A DNA stretch of 64,000 nt from Acidimicrobiales bacterium (GCA_047638595.1 JBLIMJ010000003.1:11710-75709); one strand, 5' to 3'. Numbered from the stretch's first letter, positions 17,846 to 27,150 are shown. Notes: a model not told the origin generated them from the sequence alone. Numbers and translations: made by a program.

Positions 17846-19816
17846 ATGACTGAAAATAACGAGAACAAAACATACCAGGGAGCGATTGCGGTGCGTGGTA
17901 GAGGTATCGGGTTTTTTATCCGTCCTGACCAAAAAGAAGACGATGAAGATATTCTTATTACTACTGAAAATCTCTCTTTTGCACTTGATACGGATATTGT
18001 AAAAATTGAAGTCTTTCCTAAAGAAGGAGGTAAACGACAAGAAGGTAAAGTACTTGAAGTACTTGAGCCTGCACATAAAGAATTCATCGGGACAGTCAAA
18101 CCTGCTGGAGCTGGTAAACCAGAACGATACCTACAGCCTGATAACCACCGTGTGCATATCCGACCTATTCTACCTGAAGCTACTGACCTCGATGACGGTA
18201 TGAAGGTAGTAGTTGAAATCGCATCTTGGGAATCTCCTCACACTGCACCTATAGGAAAAATTACTGAAACCCTTGGCAAGGCTGGTGACCATGAAACAGA
18301 AATGCAGGCGATTATTCGTTCTGGTGGTTTTTCTGAAAGTTTTTCTGAAGAAGTTTCAAAAGCTGGGCAAGACTTGTACGAACGTAAAGATGAGATATTT
18401 GCCACTGCAATTGCTGACACTAAAGGAGAAAATCCAACACGGCGAGACATGCGTGAGACAGTTACCATGACCATTGACCCTGCAGACTCAAAAGACTTTG
18501 ATGATGCCCTTTCTTTCAAAGCACTCGATAACGGTAATTACGAAATTGGTATCCATATTGCTGATGTCTCGCACTATGTACAAGAAGGTGACGTTATTGA
18601 TGTTGAAGCACATGAACGTGGAACTTCTATCTATCTCGTAGACAGAGTAATCCCAATGCTTCCTGAAGTACTTTCAAATGATCTCTGTTCCCTTCGCCCG
18701 AACGAAGACCGACTTGCCTTTTCAGCAGTATTTGAGATCAACCCAAATGCTGAAATGATTGGAGAATGGTACGGCCAAACTATCATCCATTCAAACCGCC
18801 GTTTCAGCTATCAAGATGCTCAGGAGGTACTTGATACACAGTCTGGCGACAATCTTGAAGCATTAAACACCCTTATGGCTGTCGGACGACTCTTGAGAAC
18901 ACAACGATACAAAGATGGCGCAATTGCTTTTGAACAACCTGAAGTTAAATTCATACTTGATGAAGATGGGAAACCTATCGATGTCGTTGCAAAAGAGCGT
19001 ATTGAAACAATGCTCATGATTGAGGATTTTATGCTCTTAGCTAACCAAGGAGTGTCTAAGTATGTCGACAAACTTTGTAAAGATTCAGATAAACCCACAA
19101 CCTTCATTTACCGTATCCATGACTCTCCAGATCCTGACCGTATCAATGACCTTGCCATCTTTATTCATGCTCTTGGGTATGAATTTAAAGCAGATCAGGG
19201 AGAGGTTGATGCAAAGGATATAAATAAACTTTTGAAAGACATTGAAGGAAAACCAGAAGAGGATCTCTTGAAGGTGGCGACTATTCGTTCAATGGCAAAA
19301 GCAATCTATTCAACTAAAAACATCGGACACTTTGGCCTTGCGTTTGGGCACTACTCACACTTTACTTCCCCAATCCGTCGGTACCCTGACCTCATGGCAC
19401 ACCGCATGCTACGTAAACACCTCGACGGTACTATGATTGGACCAAAAGAGATGACTAAACATGAAAAGACTGCTACCCATGCTTCAGAACGAGAAATGTT
19501 TGCAGTACGTGCCGAACGAAACTCAGTCAAATTCAAGCAAGTTGAATACATGGCTGATAAAGTTGGGGAAGAATTCGACGGAATCATTACAGGAGTTACT
19601 GACTGGGGTATTTATGTACAAGAGAAAAACTCAATGTCAGAAGGAATGGTTCGTCTTGGAAGCATCAAGGGTGATTACTTTAAGAACGAAGCATCCAAGT
19701 ATCGTATCAAAGGTGAACGGACCGGTACCACCTATTCACTTGGACAGGAGGTTCGAATCAAACTCACTCGCGCAGATATAGAGGAGAGACAGTTAGATTT
19801 TTCTCTAATTGTGTAG
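17846..19816 (+). CDS. rnr: Ribonuclease R (RNB-family 3'-5' exoribonuclease)
   Basis: RNB motif 'HFGLAFGHYSHFTSPIRRYPDLMAHRML' and C-terminal S1 domain. Start taken at ATG 17846 (MTENNENK...). Confidence 0.9.
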   Translation: MTENNENKTYQGAIAVRGRGIGFFIRPDQKEDDEDILITTENLSFALDTDIVKIEVFPKEGGKRQEGKVLEVLEPAHKEFIGTVKPAGAGKPERYLQPDNHRVHIRPILPEATDLDDGMKVVVEIASWESPHTAPIGKITETLGKAGDHETEMQAIIRSGGFSESFSEEVSKAGQDLYERKDEIFATAIADTKGENPTRRDMRETVTMTIDPADSKDFDDALSFKALDNGNYEIGIHIADVSHYVQEGDVIDVEAHERGTSIYLVDRVIPMLPEVLSNDLCSLRPNEDRLAFSAVFEINPNAEMIGEWYGQTIIHSNRRFSYQDAQEVLDTQSGDNLEALNTLMAVGRLLRTQRYKDGAIAFEQPEVKFILDEDGKPIDVVAKERIETMLMIEDFMLLANQGVSKYVDKLCKDSDKPTTFIYRIHDSPDPDRINDLAIFIHALGYEFKADQGEVDAKDINKLLKDIEGKPEEDLLKVATIRSMAKAIYSTKNIGHFGLAFGHYSHFTSPIRRYPDLMAHRMLRKHLDGTMIGPKEMTKHEKTATHASEREMFAVRAERNSVKFKQVEYMADKVGEEFDGIITGVTDWGIYVQEKNSMSEGMVRLGSIKGDYFKNEASKYRIKGERTGTTYSLGQEVRIKLTRADIEERQLDFSLIV

Positions 19817-19827
19817 ATTTATACAAC

Positions 19828-19866
19828 AAAAGACACGACACTCTTCGAGTGTCGTGTCTTTTGTTT
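19828..19866 (+). terminator. Intrinsic terminator after rnr
   Basis: AAAGACACGACACTC-TTCG-AGTGTCGTGTCTTTTGTTT. Confidence 0.8.
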
Positions 19867-19927
19867 CCACTTCATTTTGTAAGATTGTTCTAGATGGAGC
19901 GTCATAACTAGTAACAAACGAATTATT

Positions 19928-20101
19928 ATGAAAGAACAAAGCTACAGATTTGCCAATAGAAACATCGAAACTGCCTATATCAAAAAGGTTGGTGGTATTT
20001 CTGATTGCATGAGTGCACTTGGTCACTTTCTTAAACTTCGATCTAGCCGTGGCCATGGTTCCCGTAAATCTGCATATAGTTACTATATACGCAATATTTA
20101 A
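19928..20101 (+). CDS. Hypothetical small basic protein (57 aa)
   Basis: ATG-initiated ORF 'MKEQSYRFANRNIETAYIKKVGG...'. Followed by a hairpin CCGGCTGTATCAAAGCCGG plus TTTTATT at 20126-20155. The antisense 83-aa ORF 19805-20056 is the alternative. Confidence 0.3.
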   Translation: MKEQSYRFANRNIETAYIKKVGGISDCMSALGHFLKLRSSRGHGSRKSAYSYYIRNI

Positions 20102-20201
20102 CTAAGAACTATATAGAACTATCTCCCCGGCTGTATCAAAGCCGGTTTTATTAACTTTGAACAGACGATGTAGTTCTTTACCATAACCAACGAGGTACAT
20201 T

Positions 20202-21383
20202 ATGACTATGCGAAAACAGATCTATCTATTGATGGCAATACGCGTCATACGCATGTTTCTCATCACGATGCCAATCATTGTTATTTATTGGCAATCACAT
20301 GGATTACGTATGCAAGACATCTTTGTGTTGCAGGTTGTATTTTCAATCGCTATAGTACTCTTCGAAATTCCTTCGGGGTACTTTGCTGATAAATACGGCA
20401 GAAAAACATCTATGTTACTTGGCAGTATTTTGGGTGTGACTGGGTTCTTTATATACTGGGCAATGCCGAGTTATCTGGGGTTTATACTTGCTGAAATCAT
20501 ACTTGCACTATCGAGTGGTTTTCTCTCTGGATCACGAGACGCACTTTTGTTTGAAACACTCAAGCAAAATGGAGAAGAATCTCATTATGCAAAATATCAA
20601 GGAAGGATATTTGCTACAGGTAATGTATCTGAAGCTGTTGCGGCGATATGTGCAGGTATTATTGCAAGCATGAACAGTATCGAGACCGTGTTATTGATTC
20701 AATGGATTGTGATGCTTATAGCTATACCGCTCACACTTATGCTCAGAGAAATACCAAACGGTGCTGAGATGAAAACTCCAACGCTTTTGAAAATTCTTCA
20801 CGGAAACTTCAAAGAGAATAAAAGACTTCGATTCCTTAACTTCTATACAGGAGGTATTAGTGCCGCAACACTCACTATGGTGTGGTTTGCACAACCATAC
20901 TGGAAAGAGCTCGAGATAAACATTCTTTATTTTGGTTATCTGTGGGCAGGATTAAATCTTCTAGTGGCTCTCGGGGCAGTTGTAGCTCATAGGCTTGAGA
21001 AACGTTTGTCCTTCCGTACTCTGTTTGTCGGAATGGCAATACTTCCCTTCTTACTCTACATGTTTGTAGGGTACACAAACGTGACTATCTTTGCAGTTAT
21101 TGCAATCGCAAGTTTCTGGCTTCTAAGAGGAGTGGCGCAGCCAATCATTCAAGATTATGTGCAACGTGAATGTAAAGACGGTGAACGTGCAACAGTACTC
21201 TCAATTAACGCACTAGTCTCACGACTCACCTTTTCTATCTTTTCACCTTTCTTAGGATGGGTTGCGGACGTATGGTCATTCCAAGTTGCATTCGCAACTT
21301 CGGGTGTAATCTTCGGAATCATTTCCCTCACGAGTTTTATACTTCTGTATAAAGAAATGGGAAAAAATGTAGAAATGACCTGA
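20202..21383 (+). CDS. Major facilitator superfamily transporter
   Basis: 393 aa, 12 predicted TM segments, MFS-like 'GYFADKYGRK' loop. Confidence 0.8.
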   Translation: MTMRKQIYLLMAIRVIRMFLITMPIIVIYWQSHGLRMQDIFVLQVVFSIAIVLFEIPSGYFADKYGRKTSMLLGSILGVTGFFIYWAMPSYLGFILAEIILALSSGFLSGSRDALLFETLKQNGEESHYAKYQGRIFATGNVSEAVAAICAGIIASMNSIETVLLIQWIVMLIAIPLTLMLREIPNGAEMKTPTLLKILHGNFKENKRLRFLNFYTGGISAATLTMVWFAQPYWKELEINILYFGYLWAGLNLLVALGAVVAHRLEKRLSFRTLFVGMAILPFLLYMFVGYTNVTIFAVIAIASFWLLRGVAQPIIQDYVQRECKDGERATVLSINALVSRLTFSIFSPFLGWVADVWSFQVAFATSGVIFGIISLTSFILLYKEMGKNVEMT

Positions 21384-21403
21384 AGGGGTAACCCTTCAGG
21401 TCA
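21376..21403 (+). terminator. Hairpin at the MFS gene stop
   Basis: TGACCTGAAGGG-GTAA-CCCTTCAGGTCA. Weak T-tract. Confidence 0.45.
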
Positions 21404-21753
21404 TTAATTACATCTGGCCAACTGCCATGGTTTCTTAAATTTATGCAGCCAGGGGGTACAGCATGCAAGTACGTAAAGTACTCATTCGTGCGGTTTCCTC
21501 TGGTGATGCCGAGAGAAATTCGCCCTTAATCAATTACCTAAACCTTATGAGAAAGGTTCTATTCAAAAATACCAGACAGAAGTAGATACACTGTCTGAAG
21601 ATAGAAACTCGATTGTTGTCACTATCAGCACAATGTTTGAGGTAAGACGGATACGAGAAATACTCGCAACATCTCAAACAGAAACAGTGGAAGTATCTTG
21701 TCCAAATGAGGTCACCTTCAAGGCGACACATTGCAACAAGCAGCAGAATGAAC

Positions 21754-21810
21754 AAGCCGGTTTGGAAAATAGTTTTAAGAAACTATTTTCCAAACCGGCT
21801 TTATTTATCC
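21754..21810 (+). terminator. 22-bp perfect-stem hairpin plus TTATTTAT
   Basis: AAGCCGGTTTGGAAAATAGTTT-TAAG-AAACTATTTTCCAAACCGGCTT. Terminates an otherwise unannotated region. Confidence 0.5.
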
Positions 21811-21909
21811 ATTGATATAATCGTTCATTCGCCGACCCTGGGTATGTACTTATTTTAATATTGTGTCATTATACACGTATCAAATCCTAACTGAGAAAGG
21901 AGTAGGAAG

Positions 21910-22206
21910 ATGTTTGATGTTCACCATGACCCCCCTTGTGCTGCTGGTAGACATGTATGCATTCATGGCGAAGAATTTCAACTCATGGAATTTCTTGAGC
22001 ACATACGAGAAATTGCGAATGACTTTATCCTAGATGAAAATTGGAATAAAAATGCAGATGGAATTATTCTTGTGTTGTGTCTGCAAGTTTTTCCAGGGGA
22101 CCCAGAAGTTTTGTTTAATGTTCTAGAAGAAGAACGAAAGAATTTCTGGCCAACACTGACAATACAGAACGAGGGAGAAGAACTATGTCAAAGGAAACAA
22201 ACCTAG
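21910..22206 (+). CDS. Hypothetical Cys/His-containing small protein (98 aa)
   Basis: Strong SD AAAGGAG 8 nt upstream. Terminator hairpin immediately downstream. 'HHDPPCAAGRHVCIHGEE'. Confidence 0.55.
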   Translation: MFDVHHDPPCAAGRHVCIHGEEFQLMEFLEHIREIANDFILDENWNKNADGIILVLCLQVFPGDPEVLFNVLEEERKNFWPTLTIQNEGEELCQRKQT

Positions 22207-22209
22207 ACA

Positions 22210-22255
22210 TAAAAAGAGTCTGCAATACATTTCAAAATGTGCAGACTCTTTTTTA
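22210..22255. terminator. Bidirectional terminator between the small gene and smc
   Basis: AAAAAGAGTCTGCA...TGCAGACTCTTTTTTATT. Confidence 0.7.
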
Positions 22256-24532
22256 TTACTTAGCTACAGCAACTGCTTCATCAAACTTCACTGAAAGGAG
22301 TTTTGAGACACCGTCACCTCCCATAGTTACACCGTAAAGGATACCGGCGCGACTCATAGTTTCCCGGTTATGGGTAATGAGAATTAACTGTGACTTCTCA
22401 GCTAATGCTTGAATCATGTCACCATAGCGCCTTGAGTTTGCTTCATCTAGGGCTGCATCAGTCTCGTCAAGAATAATAAACAAAGGAGGGTTCACCTGAC
22501 TCATCGCGAAAATAAGTGCAATAGATGTCAGTGCACGTTCACCACCGCTGAGCATATCAAGTCCCTTCACACGTTTGTTTGGAAGTTTTACATCAAGTTC
22601 TATTCCCTCTTGTGCTTCTTCGTCTTCCATCTCTTCATCAATCTCTATTTCCTCACCAAATTCATTGATGTCTTTGGTTTTTCGTTTCACCTTAGGTTTG
22701 ATACGCAACAGCTTCGCTTCTCCCCCTCCGAACATCAGTGCGAAGAATCGGGTAAATTCTGTTCCAATCTTATCTAAGCCTGCAACAAACTGTTCATTGA
22801 GTTGAGCAGTCAAATCCGTAATCAGCTCCTCAAGTTTTACTACAGAAGTTTCAAGGTCATCAATTTCATGTACCAGAAACTCATCACGTTCTTTCACTTC
22901 TTTATATTCCTTTTCAATATCCTCATTAGCACCACCAAGTTCTTCAAGGCGTATTTTCATTTTTTCGAGTTCCCGTCTACGTTCTCGTTGCAACTGACGA
23001 TCTTCTTCTGCAATGACTTTATTGGTCACCGTCTTCCCTTCAGCAACAATTTCAAAGCGAAAGTACTGCGCTGCACCACTACCTATAAGAGAAACTGCTT
23101 CTTGCAACTCTCGCTTGAACTCCATACGATCCCGTTCAAGCACTGACAACTCACCTTCGATCTGAGAAAGCTCATTCTCCGCTTCACGTTGTTCACCCAC
23201 AATGCGGAATACTTCTCGTTCAGCTTCACGGCTTTCATGACTCTCAGCCTCAATAGACTGCCTCAATGATTCATACTGTGCACTTACCACTTCTTCTTTC
23301 TGTGCGATATCGACGATGTCTTTTTCATTCTCTTGCAGCTCTTTTACAATATCCTTAAGCTCTTTTTCTTCCACTTCAGTATTTATCGTAACAACTCCTG
23401 CTGCTGACTGTACGAATTTACGGAATGTATGTACCACGTCTGAAAGCGCGCGTTGCAACATGTTCACGTCGTCACTTTTTACAGCTTTGTCTACCGACGT
23501 TTCAATAGCTTGTAATATTTTCTTCACCTCACCAATTGGTATAGGTGCTTCTGATTCTGAGGTACTTTTTTCTTGAGCTTGTCGAATACGACGCTCTAGA
23601 AAACTTACCTGTCCTTCAAGTTGTCCACTTTTCCTTAATAAGGTTTGACGTTCAGAGCGTATAGTAGACATCTGTTCCTCCAATGAAACAAGCTCTCCAC
23701 TCTTTTCATCATTCTCACTTGAAGCCAGTACCTTCTTTGATTCAATAAGCTGCTCTTTTAGTTCACCTATCTTTTGAGAAGGGCTTTCACGCTGTAACTT
23801 TAGTCTGTCTGTATGGTGCGCAATATATGTATCTTCGCGTTTTAGATACTCACTGTATATGGTCGTGAGATCTTCACGAAGTTTTATGGACCGTTCAATC
23901 TTCTTTACTTGACGCTCTAAGAATTTCAAATGTGGTGCTACTTCGCGACGCAACTGTTGTACCCGTTCTATGTTCTCACGAGTTTTTTTGAGCTTCTTTT
24001 CTGATTCATTTTTTTTGTATTGAAATACCTTTAAGCCCAAAGCATCCTCAATCATTTCACGTCGCTCTTTTGCGCTTGCAGACAGAATCCTGTCAGCCTC
24101 TCCTTGCGAAATGATATGATGACCAGAAGGACCAATGTTTGCCGCAGCAAGTAATTCCTGAACATCCTTGAGGCGAACTTTTGAGCCATTTATCTGATAC
24201 TCATTTTGTCCATCTCGATGAACCGTGCGTTCGAGAACAATTTCATCAAAATCAACGGGGAATACTCGTTTACTATTATCGAGTATTATTGACACTGAGG
24301 CACGATTTCCCCGAGAAATACTGTCTGAGCCGTTAAAGATAAGGTCTTCTCCCTTTTTTCCACGCATGGACTTTATCGACTGCTCACCAAGTACAAACCG
24401 GAACGATTCAGCGACGTTTGATTTACCAGACCCGTTAGGTCCTACAATAGAAGTAATCGGTGCACTAAACTCAAGCTCGCCTTTTTTAGCAAATGATTTA
24501 AATCCAGAAATTGTGAGATGTTTGAGGTACAT
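22256..24532 (-). CDS. smc: SMC-family chromosome-condensation ATPase, unusually short (~758 aa) with a minimal hinge
   Basis: N-terminal 'MYLKHLTISGFKSFAKKGELEFSAPITSIVGPNGSGKSNV' and C-terminal 'LSGGERALTSIALIFAM...ILDETDAALD'. Long coiled coil. Only ~30 non-coiled residues in the middle. Confidence 0.8.
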   Translation of the reverse strand: MYLKHLTISGFKSFAKKGELEFSAPITSIVGPNGSGKSNVAESFRFVLGEQSIKSMRGKKGEDLIFNGSDSISRGNRASVSIILDNSKRVFPVDFDEIVLERTVHRDGQNEYQINGSKVRLKDVQELLAAANIGPSGHHIISQGEADRILSASAKERREMIEDALGLKVFQYKKNESEKKLKKTRENIERVQQLRREVAPHLKFLERQVKKIERSIKLREDLTTIYSEYLKREDTYIAHHTDRLKLQRESPSQKIGELKEQLIESKKVLASSENDEKSGELVSLEEQMSTIRSERQTLLRKSGQLEGQVSFLERRIRQAQEKSTSESEAPIPIGEVKKILQAIETSVDKAVKSDDVNMLQRALSDVVHTFRKFVQSAAGVVTINTEVEEKELKDIVKELQENEKDIVDIAQKEEVVSAQYESLRQSIEAESHESREAEREVFRIVGEQREAENELSQIEGELSVLERDRMEFKRELQEAVSLIGSGAAQYFRFEIVAEGKTVTNKVIAEEDRQLQRERRRELEKMKIRLEELGGANEDIEKEYKEVKERDEFLVHEIDDLETSVVKLEELITDLTAQLNEQFVAGLDKIGTEFTRFFALMFGGGEAKLLRIKPKVKRKTKDINEFGEEIEIDEEMEDEEAQEGIELDVKLPNKRVKGLDMLSGGERALTSIALIFAMSQVNPPLFIILDETDAALDEANSRRYGDMIQALAEKSQLILITHNRETMSRAGILYGVTMGGDGVSKLLSVKFDEAVAVAK

Positions 24533-24540
24533 AGTCTGTG

Positions 24541-25071
24541 CTACCTTGTGAAAAAACAAATATCATCTCCTTCAGCTTGTGGGTTGGGATTAGAAGTCCA
24601 TAAATAATTTGTTTGGTTAGAAGGGAGGTATGTTTGTAATACTTCATCAGGACCAACACTGCATAAAATTGTGTAATACACTTCCGCAGAGACTCTGTAA
24701 TTATTATCATATGCATATGGATTTCCCCACACGTCTTCGTAAATAGGGCTCGGGGTAATCAAAGGAGTCATAGAGTCAGCAACCGTTCGCCAGCTATTTA
24801 TCGTTCCTGCACTTGTTGCTCCATAACCACATGCACTGCAGTTATCTACCATAGCGTCTATAGTGCTCGGAGGGTATCCACCTGTTTGCTCTCTATATAA
24901 CTTAAAGTGTAGTTCAAACAATTCAACAGCTGCTGTTTCTGCCTTAACTTTTGCATTCTCGCGCGCTTGGATGGTGGACACAAGTACTACGGAGGTAAGT
25001 AAGCCTATAATAGCTATTGTTACAAGAAGTTCTATTATAGTAAAACCTTGTACTGGGGATGTCTTTTTCAT
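24541..25071 (-). CDS. Type IV pilin / pseudopilin (prepilin N-terminal methylation motif)
   Basis: 'GFTIIELLVTIAIIGLL' class-III signal. Start taken at ATG 25071. C-terminal Cys pair. Confidence 0.85.
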   Translation of the reverse strand: MKKTSPVQGFTIIELLVTIAIIGLLTSVVLVSTIQARENAKVKAETAAVELFELHFKLYREQTGGYPPSTIDAMVDNCSACGYGATSAGTINSWRTVADSMTPLITPSPIYEDVWGNPYAYDNNYRVSAEVYYTILCSVGPDEVLQTYLPSNQTNYLWTSNPNPQAEGDDICFFTR

Positions 25072-25086
25072 ATACGATATTTTACC

Positions 25087-25131
25087 ATGCACAAAGGGAG
25101 GAAAAGCAAAGCTTTTCCTCCCTTTGTGCAT
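25087..25131 (-). promoter_or_regulatory. 19-bp perfect hairpin containing the SD-like AAGGGAGGAAAAG, 16 nt upstream of the pilin start
   Basis: ATGCACAAAGGGAGGAAAAG-CAAAG-CTTTTCCTCCCTTTGTGCAT. Confidence 0.5.
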
Positions 25132-25243
25132 ACGTTCTTTCTCACCCTTCTTACGTTTATAAATCAATGAGTAATCAGATGCTTATACATGAGTATTTTT
25201 TAAATACAGTAGAAACAAACTTGTGTACACAATCTTTAGCCAC

Positions 25244-25948
25244 TTACCAGTTTTTTGCTTCAAGGGCATTCTCAGCAGCAGCTTGTTCTGCTTCTTGTTT
25301 TGCACGTCCGGTACCTTCTGCAATTTTTCCTTCTCCTAAAAATACACCAACAGTAAATACCCTATCGTGGTCTGGTCCCACTTGTGCAAGAGTTTCGTAT
25401 GTTGGTGTTGTATTTTTATTTTCCTGAGCCAATTCCTGAAAACGACTTTTAGCATCTTGCCACAGCCGTTTCTCAACAATTTTTTCTGTTTTTGGGAACA
25501 AGTGGTCAGCAATAAATTTCTGCGATGCATCATATCCTTGGTCTATATACAGTGCACCAATAAGCGCTTCAAACGCATTAGCGAGAATATACTGTCGCGC
25601 GCGACCTGTATCTTTTGCTTCTCCTTTGGACATCAGTAAGAAATCATTGATACCCAACTTACCTGATGCGTCCGCAAGCGACACCGTATTCACTAATGCA
25701 GCACGAACGGCAGTAAGTTCTCCTTCAGGTTTTTCTGGGTACTTCTTAAAGAGGAAATCGGTCACCACCAACTCAAGCACCGCATCACCAAGAAATTCTA
25801 AGCGTTCGTTATGGTCTTGCTTTGCGTCACGGTTTTCGTTTAAAAACGATCTGTGCGTCACCGCAGTAAGGAGGTTTATTTTTTCATTAAAGGTGAAGCC
25901 TAATAATGTTTCAATTTTGGATACGTCTATATTTTGTTCATCTGCCAT
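25244..25948 (-). CDS. rnc: Ribonuclease III
   Basis: 'ERLEFLGDAVLELVVTDFLF' RNase III signature plus C-terminal dsRBD. Confidence 0.93.
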   Translation of the reverse strand: MADEQNIDVSKIETLLGFTFNEKINLLTAVTHRSFLNENRDAKQDHNERLEFLGDAVLELVVTDFLFKKYPEKPEGELTAVRAALVNTVSLADASGKLGINDFLLMSKGEAKDTGRARQYILANAFEALIGALYIDQGYDASQKFIADHLFPKTEKIVEKRLWQDAKSRFQELAQENKNTTPTYETLAQVGPDHDRVFTVGVFLGEGKIAEGTGRAKQEAEQAAAENALEAKNW

Positions 25949-26096
25949 AGTTACCTATAGTTATGTCTGCTAATGAGTGACACGCGAAATACATTACAAC
26001 AAACCTTTTTAGGTTTTCTATAATCTATCAACGAGTCTGTTTTACTATACACGAAGTGTGCATTTTTGCGAGACTCCATCAACTCCTCTACTTCAT

Positions 26097-26221
26097 TAGT
26101 GTCGAAGAAATAGAGTGCATTTCAAGGCATGCAAGGGATTTTACTTGAGTGGGGCGCACAGCCCAGCGAAAGTAAAATTGCCGCAGCATAACGCTGAAAG
26201 GCGCCTATTTCTTCGACACTA
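26097..26221 (-). promoter_or_regulatory. Structured RNA element in the rnc leader / intercistronic region: 17-bp perfect closing stem around a ~90-nt multi-hairpin insert
   Basis: Arms TAGTGTCGAAGAAATAG (26097-26113) and CTATTTCTTCGACACTA (26205-26221). Internal sub-hairpins GATTTTACTT/AAGTAAAATT, GGGC-GCACA-GCCC and CAGC-ATAAC-GCTG. The 3' arm begins at the upstream gene's stop codon. Confidence 0.55.
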
Positions 26222-27098
26222 ACATTGTGATGGCTTTGGTCACGATAGGTAGTATATCCTCATAGAAATTCAATTCAAGAATATCTGCCACTTTAAACCA
26301 TTGTGCATCATCAAGTCCTCCTTTGTTCTCAAGCTTCAGTTCTGAGTGTGGTGCGCTTGCAAGAAAGTAAGTAACTTGTTTTCGAACCTTGCCGAGCTCA
26401 GGATGAGATGCAACATATTCGTTGTGACCAAGTTCCGCCTCAATAGTAATATCAGCATCAATTTCTTCTTTTAGCTCACGGACAGCACCCGCTTCCACCG
26501 TTTCTCCTTCCTCAATCTTACCTTTTGATAACGTCCAATGACCAAAAATATCATGTACGAGTGCTAGATACATCACCTCATCATCCATCGCATATACCAC
26601 AGCTCCTGCCAGACGCTGGATAGGCATTTCGTCAAAAGGCACAGCTTTCTTTCGCTTTCCTTGTTCCTCTTTTCCCGGTTCACCAATTTCTTTATATACT
26701 GCACCAAGTACCCCATTTACAAATCGACTACTGTTCTCACCTCCAAACTGTTTCGCAAGCTCAATAGCTTCATTGATAGCAACTTTCGCGGGTACTTCTT
26801 TTCGGTCCGCAAACAAAAGCTCATAAAGTCCTAAGCGTAGGATGTTTCTATCTACTGGTGAAATACGATCAATAGGCCACTCGGGAGCAGCTTTTTCAAT
26901 AACCTGATCTAGTTCTGATTGCTTACCAAGAACCCCATCGAGAAGTTTCTCAATGAAAGGATTGTCGGTTTTATTTGGAGCGAATTCTTCTACATTACGT
27001 TCCAGCACCTCGAGAGTTCCTTTTTTATCTATATCGTTTAAATCCCACTCAAAGAGTGTCTGGAGAACGATTGACCGTGATAAATGTCGATTTGCCAT
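26205..27098 (-). CDS. nusB: NusB (transcription antitermination) fused to a C-terminal NUDIX hydrolase domain
   Basis: N-terminal ~145 aa is NusB-like ('MANRHLSRSIVLQTLFEWDLN...', 'RNILRLGLYELLF'). C-terminal ~150 aa carries the Nudix box 'GKIEEGETVEAGAVRELKEEIDADI'. Confidence 0.75.
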   Translation of the reverse strand: MANRHLSRSIVLQTLFEWDLNDIDKKGTLEVLERNVEEFAPNKTDNPFIEKLLDGVLGKQSELDQVIEKAAPEWPIDRISPVDRNILRLGLYELLFADRKEVPAKVAINEAIELAKQFGGENSSRFVNGVLGAVYKEIGEPGKEEQGKRKKAVPFDEMPIQRLAGAVVYAMDDEVMYLALVHDIFGHWTLSKGKIEEGETVEAGAVRELKEEIDADITIEAELGHNEYVASHPELGKVRKQVTYFLASAPHSELKLENKGGLDDAQWFKVADILELNFYEDILPIVTKAITMLVSKK

Positions 27099-27150
27099 GA
27101 AATATAATGTACTAACTTCTACTGCCCAAAGTATACCATTATGTTTTGAG

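Noticed and set aside
19805-20056. 83-aa minus-strand ORF between rnr and the MFS gene.
   Set aside because: The overlapping plus-strand 57-aa ORF is followed by a plus-strand terminator, which makes it the more plausible of the two. Neither is strongly supported.
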